A stretch of 64,000 nt of DNA from Mobula hypostoma (GCF_963921235.1 NC_086097.1:64420001-64484000); one strand, 5' to 3'. Numbered from the stretch's first letter, positions 12,441 to 25,164 are shown. Made by a program: numbers and translations. The notes: a model not told the origin generated them from the sequence alone.

Positions 12441-13422
12441 CGCTCCCTTAGAATACCTTCCAGTAACTTTCCCACTGCTGATGTTAGGCTCACCAGCCTA
12501 TGATTTCCTGGTTTATTTTTAGAGCCTTTCTTAAACAGTGGAACAACATTGGCTATCCTCCAATCCTCTGGCACCTTGCCTGTTGCTAAGGATAATTTAA
12601 ATATTTCTGCTAGGGCCCTCCCTGGCAATTTCTGCACTTGCCTCTCACAGGGCCCGAGGGACCACCTTGTCAGGCTCTGCGGATTTATCCACCCTAATTT
12701 GCCTCAAGGTAGCAAATACCTCCTCCTCTGTAATTTGTATAGAGTCCATGAAGTTGATACCGTTTTGCTTTATTTCTATAGACTCTGTGACCGTCTCCTG
12801 AGTAAATACAGATGCAAAAAATACATTTAAGATCTCCCCCATCTCTTTTGGATCCTCTTCCTGAGGATCAATTTTGTCCCTTGCAATCCTTTTGCTCATA
12901 ACATATTTGTAGAGTCCCTTGGGATTCTCCTTCACCTTGTCTGCTCAGGCAACTTCATGCCTTCTTTCAGCCCTCTTGATTATTTTAATTCCCTTAACGC
13001 CTCACCAGACGGGTTTTCTAGTCTGTCCTGGCTGAGCACTGCCGTGACGTTTTTCTTGACTAGTTATGCCACTCCCCTGCTCTGTTATGTCTAACACAAT
13101 GGAACTCTGAAATATTGAGCTACTCTTCCTGCCTCTCCTCCAACCAAGTCTCGCTAATGGCTACAATATCATGCCCTGAGCTCATCTGCCTTTCCTACGA
13201 TACTTCTTACATTGAAATATATGCAACTCAGGGCAAATGCTCAGCATTTTAATTCCTGACTTTGAGGTCTTAACAACATCTGTCTCCACAACCTCTCAAC
13301 TATCTGTTCAGTCATGTTGTTCCCAGCTCTGTACAACTCTTGCTTGCAGGTCCCAACTTCCGTGGAAGCGAGCCCAATGATCCAAAAATCTTATGCCCTT
13401 CCTCCTACGCCAACTCCTTAGC
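12441..13422 (-). mobile_element. Older CR1 LINE, 5' continuation of the 6527-7831 copy
   Basis: [43 protein letters not shown] joins naturally to DRIYEYL at ~7830. Confidence 0.8.
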
Positions 13423-13424
13423 CT

Positions 13425-13857
13425 GGGAAACTTTGTGTTGTGTTTGACTGTGGAGCGCCTTTTCAAGGAATATCACTTCATGCTCAGCTTTTACAGGGAC
13501 CAGATCTTACTAGCTCACTCTCTGGAGTCATAACCATATTCAGAGAGTAACTAATGGTGATCGTGGCAGATATTGAACCAATATTTCATCAGGTTAAAGT
13601 ACAGGCAGAGGATGCAGATCTGCTGAGGTTTCTCTGGTGGCCTGACGGTGACCTCAGACAAGATACGGTGGACTTTAAAATGGTGGTACATCTCTGGAGC
13701 AACTTCATCACCAAGCTGTGCCAACTTTGCTCTTAGGAAATGCACAGGATACAATGAAGAGCAGTTCAGCTACGAGACAGTGGATACGGTTTTGCATTGC
13801 ATCCATGTTGATGACTGCCTTGCTTCACTGTCCTTTGAGGAAGAAGTGGTGTCTTAG
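13425..13857 (+). mobile_element. BEL/Pao reverse transcriptase fragment
   Basis: LQGPDL, ADIEPIFHQVKV...LRFLWWPDGDL, GATSSPSCANFALRK, HVDDCL. Confidence 0.85.
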
Positions 13858-14326
13858 GGAGCTAGACAGAAAGTTGAGAAACAGGACCTCAAGGGTAGTT
13901 ATCTCTGGATTGATGCCTGTGCCAAGTGCCAGTGAAGATAAGAATAGAATGATTTGGCAGGTGAATGTGTGGCTGAGGAATTGGTGCAGGGTGTAGAGGT
14001 TCAAAGAAACAGGTTACACCTGAACCTGAGGGAGGTTGGCTAGAGTTGTTCGAGTAAATTTAAATTAATTTGGCAGGGGGATGGGAACTGGAGTGATAGT
14101 GCTGAAGATGAGGTAGTTGGTTTACAAACAGGCAATGTGTAGTGAGACTCCTAGCAGGGAGAGGTTGACGATAGGGCAAAATTGCAGCCAACAGGATGAG
14201 TTGCAACATAAAAGGTAGACAAAATCAAAAAGGGTGAATATAAGTGTTATATTTGAATGTGTGCAGTATATGGAAAAAGGTAAATTAACTTGTAGCACAG
14301 TTACAGATTGTCATGTATGATGTAGG
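13858..14326 (+). mobile_element. CR1 ORF1-end/ORF2-start fragment
   Basis: RELDRKLRNRTSRVVISGLMPV...VNVWLRNWC, similar to the ORF1 esterase at 48525-49106. Confidence 0.75.
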
Positions 14327-17280
14327 TGTAACGCGCTGTAAGGTTTCTTTTAAAGTCTTTTTATTCATTTTCGAAATTATAAACATAATAATGATACTTA
14401 TAAACAGTGAATGGGATTACATTATTAATAGCTAACGTTTGCTGGTATAAAATTGCCGATAATACAAGTATATTAGATCACCCCAACTCTAAATATAATT
14501 GAACATGGTAAAGGGTAAATGAAAGAAAACTAAAAAAAACCCAAACTAGAAAAGAAAAAAACACACACTAAATTGAGCTAAGCAAAACTAAACTAAACTA
14601 AACTAAAACAAAGTTGGGCTAACACATTACATTGGATACAATCATTGATGTCGTTAACTCCACTCCTCTATCCGTATATTTTTAGTTAAAAAAAAGATTT
14701 GAAAAAGGTCAAACTACATCATCTGAAAATGTTGGATAAATGGTCTCACAGTTTCTTCAAATTTAACCGAAGGATCAGAGGTGCCACTTCTGATTTTCTC
14801 TAAATTTAAGCATGATATTGTTTGAGAAAACCATTGAAATGTTGTAGGAGGATTGACCTCTTTCCAATTCAATAAGATAGATCTTCCAGCCAGGTTTCAC
14901 TGCTAATGTAATGGTTTCTCTGTAGCATAATGTTTGGGTTATGACTAGAGATAACGGGGCTTTGGAATGTGGGGCTATCCAATGAGAGGGATGTTGTTCT
15001 TTCTTGTGGGTCTGGGAGCAAGGATTTCACGGTCTTTTGCCGGTGAGAGATGAGGAGAGAAGACGCGAATGCAGCGAGTTGGTAGACAGCTGGACAGAGT
15101 GGCCTTTGAGCGAGGGTCTGAAGGTCGGCTACACTCAGAGCAGGTGGACGGGAAGCCAGTAGACTGAACCGTGAGCTCCAACATTGCGCATTAGATTGTT
15201 TCATGAGAATGGGACTTTTTCTTTTTTTGTTTCTTTACTAACCATATAGCCAAATTAAGAATTATAAAGCTTAATTGTTTAATCACATTTTGTGGTACTG
15301 ATGTGTAACAGAGAACACATTGGGCAAATCCACCTAAACAAAATTTCTTAAGTTTGGCCGGGCTGAGGGCTGTTTTCCCCTTGATTAAGCCGCTAGATGA
15401 ACTGAGAGTTACACTTGTGGGGGTATCGTTCAGGATTGATTTCGTTGGATGCTGTGTGATTACCCTGAGTATTGTACCAGTGGGGTAGATATTTGTACTC
15501 TGGATGAATGTTAATTCACCTGTTAAGTACTGTTAAAGTTGCGATTGCGGGGCGAGGGTTTGATAAAATGGTGGGCGCAGCTCTTGTTTTAATGCAGACC
15601 GGTGCTGACGTAGCGGTAGCTGGAGGCAGAAATTTCAAAGACAGAGTTCTATCGTTTCTGAGGAGTGAGGGGAAGGAGTGGTCGGATTTGGAATGGCTAA
15701 TTAGTCCATGTTCCCCGGTGAAGAGTGAGAATTCTGAGTTGGTATCTGCCTTTACCTCTCTGGCAAATGAATGGAAAAATGCCCAGGTTCAAAGTCCCAG
15801 CGGTGGTAGGCTCCACCTATTCTCTGAAATAATGCCCACCTCTGAGGGGGAAGAGGGGTATGAGGCTTGGGCGGAGCAGACCTCTCAGTGGTTAGATGAG
15901 TGGCAGTGCTGTGATGATGTAAAGCAACAGAGATTGGTTGAGAGTTTGCATGGGCGGGCTGCTGACGTTGTGAGAGCCGTCCGGTTGCGGTATCCCGTAG
16001 CGACAGTTGTCCGACTAGAAGCCCAATGGAGCTCATGGCGGCGTTTCAGAACATGCGTCAGGAGAAGGGGGAGAAGCTTTCTGCTTTTATTTTTCGGCTA
16101 GAGAGGCAGCTAAATTGCTTGCGGCACAGGGGGGTCATTCGGGCAGCTGAGGTGGATCAGTTAAGAATGCACCAGATAGCCAGGGGCGCTTAGTCCCATG
16201 ACTGGATTGCTTGGGGTCTCCGACAGTCCTGTAAGATGCGCTACCCTCCATCTTTTGTTGAGCTGATCAGAGAGGTGTGGGAAGAGGAGAACGCGTCGGA
16301 GGTGTGGGAGGGCCCCGTCAGCAGGGTATGGTACTCGGTAGTGGTCCCCTGCAGCGAAGTGACCATGGATAGCCTACCCCGTGGAGCAGTATAGGAGATT
16401 GTGGCAGAGGTGAGAACGGAGATACGTCGGCTGTTATCAGCAGGTGCGACCCCCGCCCCCCCATATGATGGAGCTGATGGCGGGGCAAATCCCCCAAGGG
16501 GACTAACAATGCGGAGGGCCGCTAGCAGCCGGTGTCATGCCAGAAGGAGAGTGAACCCCTGGGTACCTAAGCAGAGAGAGTCTTTGGGAAAACTTAGAGG
16601 AGACCCAGTGTGGGAATAGCCTGGTGTCTCTGGAGGAACACGTTCCCAGCAATGTATGAGGAACCCCTGAAAGTGAAAGGCCCTATTCCTGAAGGCTTAG
16701 TGGGACTATGCTCCAGTGTGTTGCTCCAGATAGGGGGTATTTATGCTAAAGCCTTTCTCGACACCAGGTTGCGGGTCACATTGAATTGAATTGAGTAATC
16801 TTTATCGTCATTATACATAGGTACAATGAAACTCTGTTTGGCTTTCTCTCAGGCAATTAAATAAAGCAGTAGATAAAAACAAGACAGTAATAGAAAAACA
16901 GTATTAAATAGATAAGTTGCAGCAGCACCAGCATATCACAGTAATGCTCAAATTGCCGTTATTGCAAGTATTTGTGTCCTTGTGTGTGCATGTGTGTGCT
17001 CACAGTTTCAGTCATTGTTCTGTGAGAGTGGTGTGATGGAGGCCACAGCTCTGGGATAGAAGCTGTTCCTCAGTCTATTGTTGTACCATTCGTTTTTCAC
17101 CCGGTATCTGAAGCATTTACCATTGACCTATTCAGGGCACCAGAGATCTGGGTGACTGTACGTACGACGGTTATTTGTCAGTGAAGTTGGAGTTCTCGGA
17201 GGCCGATGTGGGAGTGTCTAAGGTTCAGACCCTGTTGAGAAGGGCGGCGTTTCAATTCTGGTGGGCACCCACACCCCTCT
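14327..17280 (+). mobile_element. Ty3/Gypsy LTR element relic: LTR 14327-15413, PBS, PNMA-like gag, protease remnant
   Basis: LTR bounded TGTAAC...GTTACA. TGGGGGTATCGTTCAGGA at 15418 resembles a tRNA-Pro PBS. Gag LFSEIMPTSEGEEGYEAWAEQTSQWLDEW...RLVESLHGRAADVV; AFLDT protease-like motif near 16750. Confidence 0.82.
14348..14891 (-). mobile_element. L1 3' end inserted in the Gypsy LTR
   Basis: 7-bp TSD AGGTTTC (14341-14347, 14892-14898). Minus strand ILLNWKEVNPPTTFQW...LNLEKIR (L1 ORF2 C-terminus), T-rich 3' UTR, AATAAA and A-rich tail. Confidence 0.8.
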
Positions 17281-18040
17281 GGAGCATCAGAGGGAGGTGA
17301 TGAAAGGAAAAATGGGAATGGGGAATAGTGAAGCGGAGGGGGTGGGGGGCATTACCGGAAGTTCAAGAGATCGATGTTCATGCCATCGGGTTGGAGGCTA
17401 CCCAGATGGAATGTAAGGTCTTGCTCCACCAACCTGAGTGTGGCCTCATTGCGACAGTAGAGGAAGCCATGAACAGGCATATGGGAATGAGAAGTAGATT
17501 TTAAATGGATGGCCTACATCTGGTCTCACCGATATGCAGAAGGCCACATGGGGAACACTGGATACAGTAGTTAACCCCAACAGGATCACAGGTTAAGTGT
17601 TGCCTCACCTGGAAGGACTGTTTGGGGCCCTGAGGGAGAAAGTGTTTTGCTTGCAAGGATGAGTGCCAGGAGGGAGATCAATGGGGAAGAACAAATGGAC
17701 AAGGGAGTCATGTTGGGAGCAATCCCTGTAGAAAGTTGGGGTGGGATGATGAGGGAAAGATGTGCTTGGTGGCGGGATCCCATTAAGAGTTGGCAGAATT
17801 TACAGAGAATTATGTGCTGAACACGGAGGGTGGTAGGTGAGGACAAGAGGAACACTATCGCTAGTGGGGTGGCAGGAAGATGGGGTGAGGGCAGACGTGT
17901 TCAAAATAGAAGAGATGCTGTTGAAGGCAGCGTTGATGGTGGAGGAAGGGAAGCCCCTTTCTTTGAAGAAGGAAGACATATCCTCGGTCTGGAATTAAAA
18001 AGTCTCGTCCTGAGAGCAGATGTGATGGAGACAGAGGAAA
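17281..18040 (-). mobile_element. Decayed Penelope-like element fragment
   Basis: Reverse-complement similarity to the Penelope copies at 23050-23800 and 3400-3693. Confidence 0.75.
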
Positions 18041-18482
18041 ATTGCCATCCCCTTCTCTCAATTCCTCCGTCTCTGCTGCATCTACTCTCAGTTTAATCTA
18101 GTGGAGCCACAGGGAATGGTATTTTTTTTTTGTTGACCGCTTAAATATGCTAATTGATTGCACTAACTTCGCTTAGTTACATTATTTGTTCGCCAATCGG
18201 AATGCTTAGCTGTGCTAATAATGTTATTATACTGCTTAGTATTGCCAATTAGAACATTATTATAATGCTGATTATGCTATTTTGCCGCTTATATCGCGAA
18301 TTTGTTTTTTATCACTCAGATCATTCCTCTTTTCTGGTTTGTAATAGAGGATTGAATGTACCTTTTCTCGATTTAGAAGCACATCATACAGTGTCGAGTA
18401 CCTTGGCTTAGGCTATGTCCACACTAGACCGGACAATTTTGAAAACACCGGTTTCGCGTAAAAACGATAGGTGTCCACACCA

Positions 18483-18578
18483 AACAACACAACACACATC
18501 AAAGTTGCTGGTGAACGCAGCAGGCCAGGCAGCATCTCTAGGAAGAGGTGCAGTCGACATTTCAGGCCGAGACCCTTC
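18483..18578 (-). mobile_element. Penelope-like pLTR fragment in MITE
   Basis: 10-bp TSD GTCCACACCA (18473-18482, 18579-18588); sequence matches the pLTR. Confidence 0.8.
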
Positions 18579-19118
18579 GTCCACACCAGGCGTTTTTAAA
18601 AATATCTCCGTCCACATTAGAACGGATAATTGGGCCAATCTCCTCTACTGGGCATGCGCAGGACACACAGAAAACAAGCAAAGAGGAAACGGTATACTTG
18701 GGGCTCATTTGTCCAGTTACAGAGTAGAAAAACTTAAAAGGAATTGCTGTTGGCTCTTGCGCAGGAGGACTTAAAACGTAAAAAAAATCAAATACTGGAG
18801 CGTATGGAGGCAACCGACGGGGAGTTCACGGACCCAGCTGACGACGAACATTGAAAAACTAACTAACTCTGTTGCATTAATAACGCACCTTGATAAATCT
18901 ATAAAACATGTCTGCATCTGTGTTATCCTGTATTTCCATACAATGTTACATTAGGCTGTTACACATCCATTGTCAGAGAAGTACTTGCATAAACAGGTAA
19001 ACCACCTTCATACAAGCAAGGACAGAAAACAGGGCAAAGTGAGTATAATTATTTATTCAGCAAGCTACGGGTCAAAGTATTTGGTGAGTACGTTTCTAAC
19101 TCTTCTGGCTTCAGTCTC

Positions 19119-19725
19119 ATTATGATTATGAAGACACGTAGTCCTCTTTTATTGTCATTTAGTAATGCATGCATTAAGAAATGATACATTATTTCCTCCG
19201 GTGTGATATCACAAAACACAGGACAAACCAAGACTGAAAAAACTGACAAAACCACATAATTATAACATATAGTTACAAACAGTGTGACAATACATAACTT
19301 GATGAAGAAGTCCATCAGCACAGTAAAGTTCAAAGTTTCTCAAATGTCCCCCATCTCACACGGACGGGAGAAGGAAGAAAAACTTCTCCCTGCCATGCTG
19401 ACCTCAATCCGACTCTGAGTCATCCGAAAACTTCGAGCTCTGATCAACTCTCCGACACCGAGTACTGAGCGCCATCTCTGTCCGAACGGTTGCCAAAAGC
19501 AGGCAAGGCCAGGGATTTTGAGGCCTACCCTCCGAAAGACTCCCGACCACACAGTAACAACAGCAGTGAACGAGCGTTTCAGAAATTTCTCCAGATGTTC
19601 CTCTGTGCTTTCACGTCTATTCTCCATCAAATCAGAATTGTCAACGGTCCCTGTTTAACGGGTACAATATCATTTTTCACCGGAGGGCTGCGCACGCAGA
19701 CGCGCCGCCATCTTCTCCTCCCACC
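19119..19725 (-). mobile_element. Non-autonomous LINE-derived retroposon (family A, copy 1)
   Basis: Closely similar to 34845-35462. Minus strand starts GGAGAAGATGGCGG and ends AATAAAAGAGGAC...(CATAAT)n. Confidence 0.7.
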
Positions 19726-20251
19726 ATGTATTCTGAAATTGTTAGGTTGTGTGGGGGGTTGCGTTCAAGAAAACAATGAAATGCCGCGCTGCCACCATCT
19801 GTTCTGGCACGTCATGACAGCGTTTTTAAAAATATCCGTTTACCCCGTCCACACTGCTCTGCACAATCGGCATTTTCAAATTTACACACTCTGGAGGGCT
19901 TTTTAGAAAATCTCAGTTTTTGGGGGAGGAAAATGCCATTTCAGTGTGGATGGAGGGTCAAAACGAAGAGAAAAAGCTTCGGTTGCAGATTTATCTGGTC
20001 TAGTATGGACGTAGCCTTAGTCTCAGCGGTTTTGGTTTGTTTTCAAGTAACCGCTACAGTCTCAAAAGAAAAAGTGCAGTTTTTGATTACAGTATTTTTA
20101 AAAATCTTATGAAGTGTGAAATAATGATTAAAGTTATCTAATTCATTTAGAAGATGAAATATCAATCTAATTCACATAGAAGATGAAGTATCAAATGTTT
20201 AAGAAATCTAATTTGTTGTTTTGAATTTTTCAGAGGAAGTTGTATGTTTGG

Positions 20252-20449
20252 TCACAAACGAGAAAATCTGCAGATGCTGGAAATCCAAACAACATGCACA
20301 AAATGCTGGAGGACCTCAGCAGGCCAGGCAGCATCTATGGAAAAGAGTAAACAGTCGCAGTTTTGGGCCAAGACCTGATGACTGTTTGCTCTTTTCCATA
20401 GATGCTGCCTGGGGTGCTGAGTTCCTCCAGCATTTTGTGTGTGTTGCTT
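20252..20449. mobile_element. Fold-back Penelope-pLTR mini-element
   Basis: Inverted arms ...CAAAATGCTGGAGGA...GGCAGCATCTATGGAAAAGAG / CTCTTTTCCATAGATGCTGCC...CTCCAGCATTTTGTG. Confidence 0.75.
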
Positions 20450-21049
20450 ATATACTTGTTTTTTTTTGTTTAGTGCCATAATGTTTGTTATATGCTTCAA
20501 TATGCCATTTTAAAAAATACTGGGACCTTGTCCAAAGCAGAGCAAGGTCAGGGTAGTTTGTAGTTAGGTAGCGATACAAGAGTTGAATTGCTGACATCAG
20601 TTGTGAACCTGTCTTATTACATATACAGCTATCTACAAAGTTGCCGTTGAACTCATAGTATAATGCTGGCAATTGGCAATGGTTATTAGGGTAATATTTT
20701 TGTCAAAGATTAATATGTATAGATTTTAAAGAATCTTTGAACCTTCAGGTCCGAAGCTTAAAAAAAAACTTTGTCTACTTTGCAGTGCAAATGGAAGCAT
20801 TAACTACTGATGATGCCATCTGTCTGTGCATTACAAACCTGGATAAATGGTTTTCTGTCTCATTTTCTAAGTTTATATAAATGGTGAATACATTTGTAGT
20901 TGCAGTCCCAACTGAAGTCCTTATGCACACTACTTTTTCTACCATTTATAATAGTGGTCCACTATTCCAACTCTGTACTGCTGCTCAGCTAATTTCCAAA
21001 CTCACTGATGGGAACAGTGCAAGAAGATAACATTGAGTTAGTATATCTA

Positions 21050-21760
21050 GCCACAGTCTTGATGAATGGTGGAGCAGGCTCAAAGGGCCAAATAACCCCA
21101 CTCCTCTTCATTACTTTTGTGAATGCACTGTTGTGAATTCTAAGAGATTTCACTTTTGGGTTGTATGAAGGACTAAACCGGGTGGCTTCTGAGTATCGAT
21201 GTACATACTTTCTATGGGCTTTACCGTTTATGAATTCATATGGAATCCTGGTGAGACCACAAATAGAATATTTATAGGAATGGACTTCCTACACGTAAGA
21301 GGAAATAAGTTTGACTGAGTGAGTGCAACAAATGTACATCAAATAGATTCAGGGCATGGGTGGTGGTGGTAGTGGAGGAAGGAGAGATTAAATAAATTAG
21401 ATCTATATAAATTAGATCTTGAATTTAAAAGAATGCATGGAGATCTCAGTGAAGCAAAAAATATTCTTGGGGTGGTTTAACAAGATGAATGCAGGGGTAA
21501 TATTTCCCTGTCTAGGATATTGAGAACTAGGAGTCACAATCTCAAACTCATTCTCATGATTAAGATGGGAAGATGCTTCTTGTAATTTGATGAAAACTTT
21601 GAATTCTGTATTTGAGGGCTAAGGAAGCTCAGTCATTGCCTATATTCAAAACAAAGGTGGATAGACTTTTGACTACTGCAAGAATTGAAAGACATGGAAT
21701 TCATGTGGGAAATTGATAAAGGATCAGCATATCAGAGAAGTTACAAGGAATCCTATTTCT
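21050..21760 (+). mobile_element. Highly decayed CR1 3' fragments
   Basis: Remnants such as CCTGGTGAGACCACA, AAAAGAATGCATGGAGATCTC, GAATGGTGGAGCAGGCTCAAAGGGCC. Confidence 0.55.
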
Positions 21761-22531
21761 GATCTTCCATGTTTACTATAAACCACCTATTTCAAGTATG
21801 GTTAACAATTTTGTTTTTTTCCTTTGCAGTTTTCTCTATTAGTTTAAAAGTTTCAAGTCAATCAAGTCATTCTATCCTTAATTAGGATCTCCTGTACAAT
21901 TCCTAGGTTTTCGCATTAAATTACTGAATAGCAGGTATTATTTTCCATTTGAAAGAAATAGTTTCCAAGACAAGAGAATTTTGGAAGATTACAACTAAGA
22001 CATCAATGGTATTTATATTGGTAACTCTTTAGTCACGGAGCATAGATTGACTATATTGTTTTGCTGAGTTGACTTATTTGCATCTTATACATTTCTTCAA
22101 GGAGCCATGTGGCTTCTGCTTTGTTTCATACTTGTTGATTTTTATCATGCTCACAAATAAATTATTATGTTTCAATTTTGAAATTGTATACTGGATGCAG
22201 ATTTGAAAAATAAATTACTAACACTCATCTCTGTCTTAATGTTGCCAAAGTGTGCTGCATGCTGCTGATGGTTGAACTATAGCTGATCTTTATCTTCCCA
22301 TTAATTTGATCAGACCACTTTGTGTACAGCACATTAACCACTATGTCCGAAGTGTAAATTCCAGACGTTTTTGTGTCATGTAAATTAAAATAAAAGATTA
22401 ACTGAACTATTCACGATGACTTTCATTTGAAAATCTGCTAATATCCTCTTACTGTTAGTATCCTCTTGGAATAAATGAGATTTGTCATGTTCTTGTGTAG
22501 ATTTGAATCAGCTAAATCCAATTATTTATGA

Positions 22532-24056
22532 GTAACCAATCCTCCTTCACCACCTTCCTCCATCTGGCAGAACTGGTCCTCACCCAGAATAATGTTTCCT
22601 TTGGCTCCTCCCACTTTCTCCATTCTCGAGGGGTAGCCATGAGCGCTCTCATGAGTCCAAGCTATGCCTGCCCTTTCGTTGACTATGTAGAACAGTCTGT
22701 GTTCAAAGTCTTCCCTGGTTACACTCCCCTACTCTTCCTCCGCTACATTGACGACTACATTGGTGCTGCTTCATGCACCATGCTGAGTTCGTCAATTTTA
22801 TCAGCTTTGCATTTAACTTCCACCCTACCCTTAAATTCACTTAGTCTATCTCTAACACCTCTCTCCCCTTTCTTGCTCTCTCTTTCTCCATCACTGGTGA
22901 CAAGTTGTCAACCAACATCTTTAACAAACTTACTGATTCCCAAGGTTATCGCAACTATACTCCTTTCCACCCTATTTCCTGTAAAAATGCTATTCCCTTT
23001 TCTGAGTTTCTTCACCTCTGCCGCATCGGTTTCCATGATGTGATGTTCTGTTCCAGGACATCAGAGATGTCCTCCTTCTGTAAAGAGCGGGGTTTCCCAC
23101 CCTCTGCTGTTGGTGCTGCCCTCACCCACAACTCCTCCATTTCCCATACATTCACGCTCACCCCATCTTCCCGCCGCCTTGATAGTGATAGAGTCCTCTT
23201 GTTCTTACCTTGGCATCCAACACATTATACTCCGCAACTTCTGACATACCATATGGATCCTACCACAAAACATCTTTCTCCCTCCCAGCACTTATCCTTG
23301 CAAATAACCTAAGTGCTGCACTTGACCATACACCGCCTCCCTCCCCTCCATTCATAGCCCCAAATAGTCTTTCCAGATGAGACAACACTTCACCTAGGAA
23401 TCTGCTGGGGCCTTCTGTTGTGTCCAGTGCTCCTGATGTGGCCTCCTCTGCATTGGTGAGACACATTGCAAATTGGGGGAATTGCTCCGTTGAGCACCTC
23501 TGCATCATCCACCTCAAGCAGGACTTCCTGATGGCCAAACATTTTAATTTTGATGTGTTGATCCATGGCCTCTTCTTGAACCATGATTAGGCCACCCCAG
23601 GGTGGAGGGACAACATGTTGTATTCCGTCTGGGCACCCTCCAACCTGATGGCATGAACATCGATTTCTCCTTCTGGTAAACACATTCCCCCTCCCCTCCC
23701 CCCTTCCTCTATTCCCCACTCTGACCTTTTACTACTTCTCACCTGCCAGTTACTTCCCCCTGGGTCTCCACCTCCTCCCCTTTCTCCTATGGTCCACTCT
23801 CCTCTCCTGTCAGATTCTTTCTTCTCCAGACCTTCCCCACCCACCTAGCTTCACCTATCACCTTCCAGCTGGCATCTTCCCTCCCCCCCACACCTTTTTA
23901 TTCTGCCATCTTCCCCTTCTTTCTCAATCCTGAAGAAGGGTCTCAGCCCGAAACATTGACTGTTTATATTTTTCCATACTTTTCTGACCTGCTGAGTTCT
24001 TCCAGCACTTTTTGTGTGTTGCTTTATCTTGCCAGCATCTGCAGACTTTCTTGTGT
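22532..24056 (+). mobile_element. Penelope-like element with RT fragment, GIY-YIG remnant and pLTR
   Basis: LAELVLTQNNVSFGSSHFLHSRGVAM...PSYAC...LRYIDDYIGA (PLE RT), HPISCKNAIPFSEFL, and a terminal repeat with CTGAAGA...GAAAC. Confidence 0.88.
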
Positions 24057-24087
24057 TAGTAATACTAAATGGTGTTTTTATTCTTAG

Positions 24088-24215
24088 GTTATACAGGGAA
24101 AGATTAAGCCAAGTAGAAGCGAAGCTTGAGGAAGTTATAGCAGGAAAGGCTCCTGAATATTTGGAACCATTAGCGGCCTTGCAAGAGAATATGCAAATTC
24201 GAACAAAAGTTGCAG
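24088..24215 (+). CDS. BRMS1L: BRMS1L coding exon 3, 128 nt
   Basis: ttcttag acceptor and gtaaaa donor. [42 protein letters not shown]; phase matches the previous exon (CA+G = Gln). Confidence 0.95.
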
Positions 24216-24627
24216 GTAAAAAAAATGTTCCACATAGTAATTTTCTTGTGAATGTTGCTGATTTAATTCATACTAAGTATGATGGTTGGTTTTCTTATTT
24301 GTATCTTGTAATTTTGTTTATTTGCAAAGTGATTTATAGAATATCCTGATCTTCATAATATATAAATGGCATAGATTTGTCAGCTCTGCATTTTATCACA
24401 ACATTTAATTATAGCTTGTAAGTTAAACAAACTTAAATTGCTTCTTTTTGATGTCTACGTGTGCTCCTTGTACATTCTTATGAATTGAGACTTGCTGGTA
24501 AATGTTTGGTTTTGTGATGAACTAGCAACAGTTACCTCATAAGTATAAGAAAGTTTTAGACTTTGTATGTCTTAAATATGCTGATAGATTTCAGCTAGTG
24601 TAGCTTTTGATGACGTTCAATAGCACT

Positions 24628-25164
24628 GTTGATTGGCATCCGTTTGTTTGAAGAACAATGGGTGATGATGATCGTCATCACAAGCCTGGACGGAAGGTAT
24701 GGAGATCCTGAGATGCCCAGTCGTCAAGATCCCCCTATCAGCCTCACCAGTGTAGTCTGAAGGAAAGCTTATGAACAGATACGTTTAGCACCAGCTTGGC
24801 TGCAGGAGCTGTTGGAAGGATGTTCAATGATGTGCTGTCTGGGTTTACTCCCGTAGCCTTCGTCTCTCCCGAGGCTGCTGACAAAGTGGTGGGGCTATTT
24901 ACCCATAGCTGGAGATCTGGTTCACGAGCTCCAGGGCGTGTCCACACACGTGTGCAGGGGACAGACCTCCTCCCCGTTCTCTGTAGTTCAGCCTGAGTCC
25001 GAAAGGAGTTCAGTTTCCATTTATTGCCAATGAGGAAGCACTACATGAGGCTGTTAGAGAGTCTATGTACTGGCAGGGAGAGACTTACGCATTCAGCTCT
25101 CCTTTTCAAAAATGGTGGAAGCTGAAAGTGAGAGTGACAAGCACTGCCCACTGCACTAGATGCA
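24628..25164 (-). mobile_element. TSD-flanked short retroposon, RTE-like (tentative)
   Basis: 11-bp TSD TCAATAGCACT (24617-24627, 25165-25175); GC-richer than flanks. Family and strand are assigned from remembered resemblance only. Confidence 0.5.

Larger units (their letters stand above)
18411..20016. mobile_element. PIF/Harbinger-type MITE carrying two nested insertions
   Basis: TIRs GGCTATGTCCACACTAGACC / GGTCTAGTATGGACGTAGCC and 3-bp TTA TSD (18408-18410, 20017-20019). Confidence 0.85.
18090..20058 (+). repeat. Second BEL/Pao LTR, split by a MITE (LTR parts ~18090-18410 and 20017-20058)
   Basis: Aligns with 4125-4497. CCTTGGCTTA|GTCTC junction is restored when 18411-20019 is removed; ends ...CTACA. 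Confidence 0.8.

Noticed and set aside
24014..24349. 111-aa ORF as a stand-alone gene
   Set aside because: Only 24088-24215 is exon; the flanks are intron read-through.
24628..25164. HDV-like ribozyme at the 5' end of the RTE-like element
   Set aside because: RTE elements can carry them, but I could not trace a nested double pseudoknot by eye.
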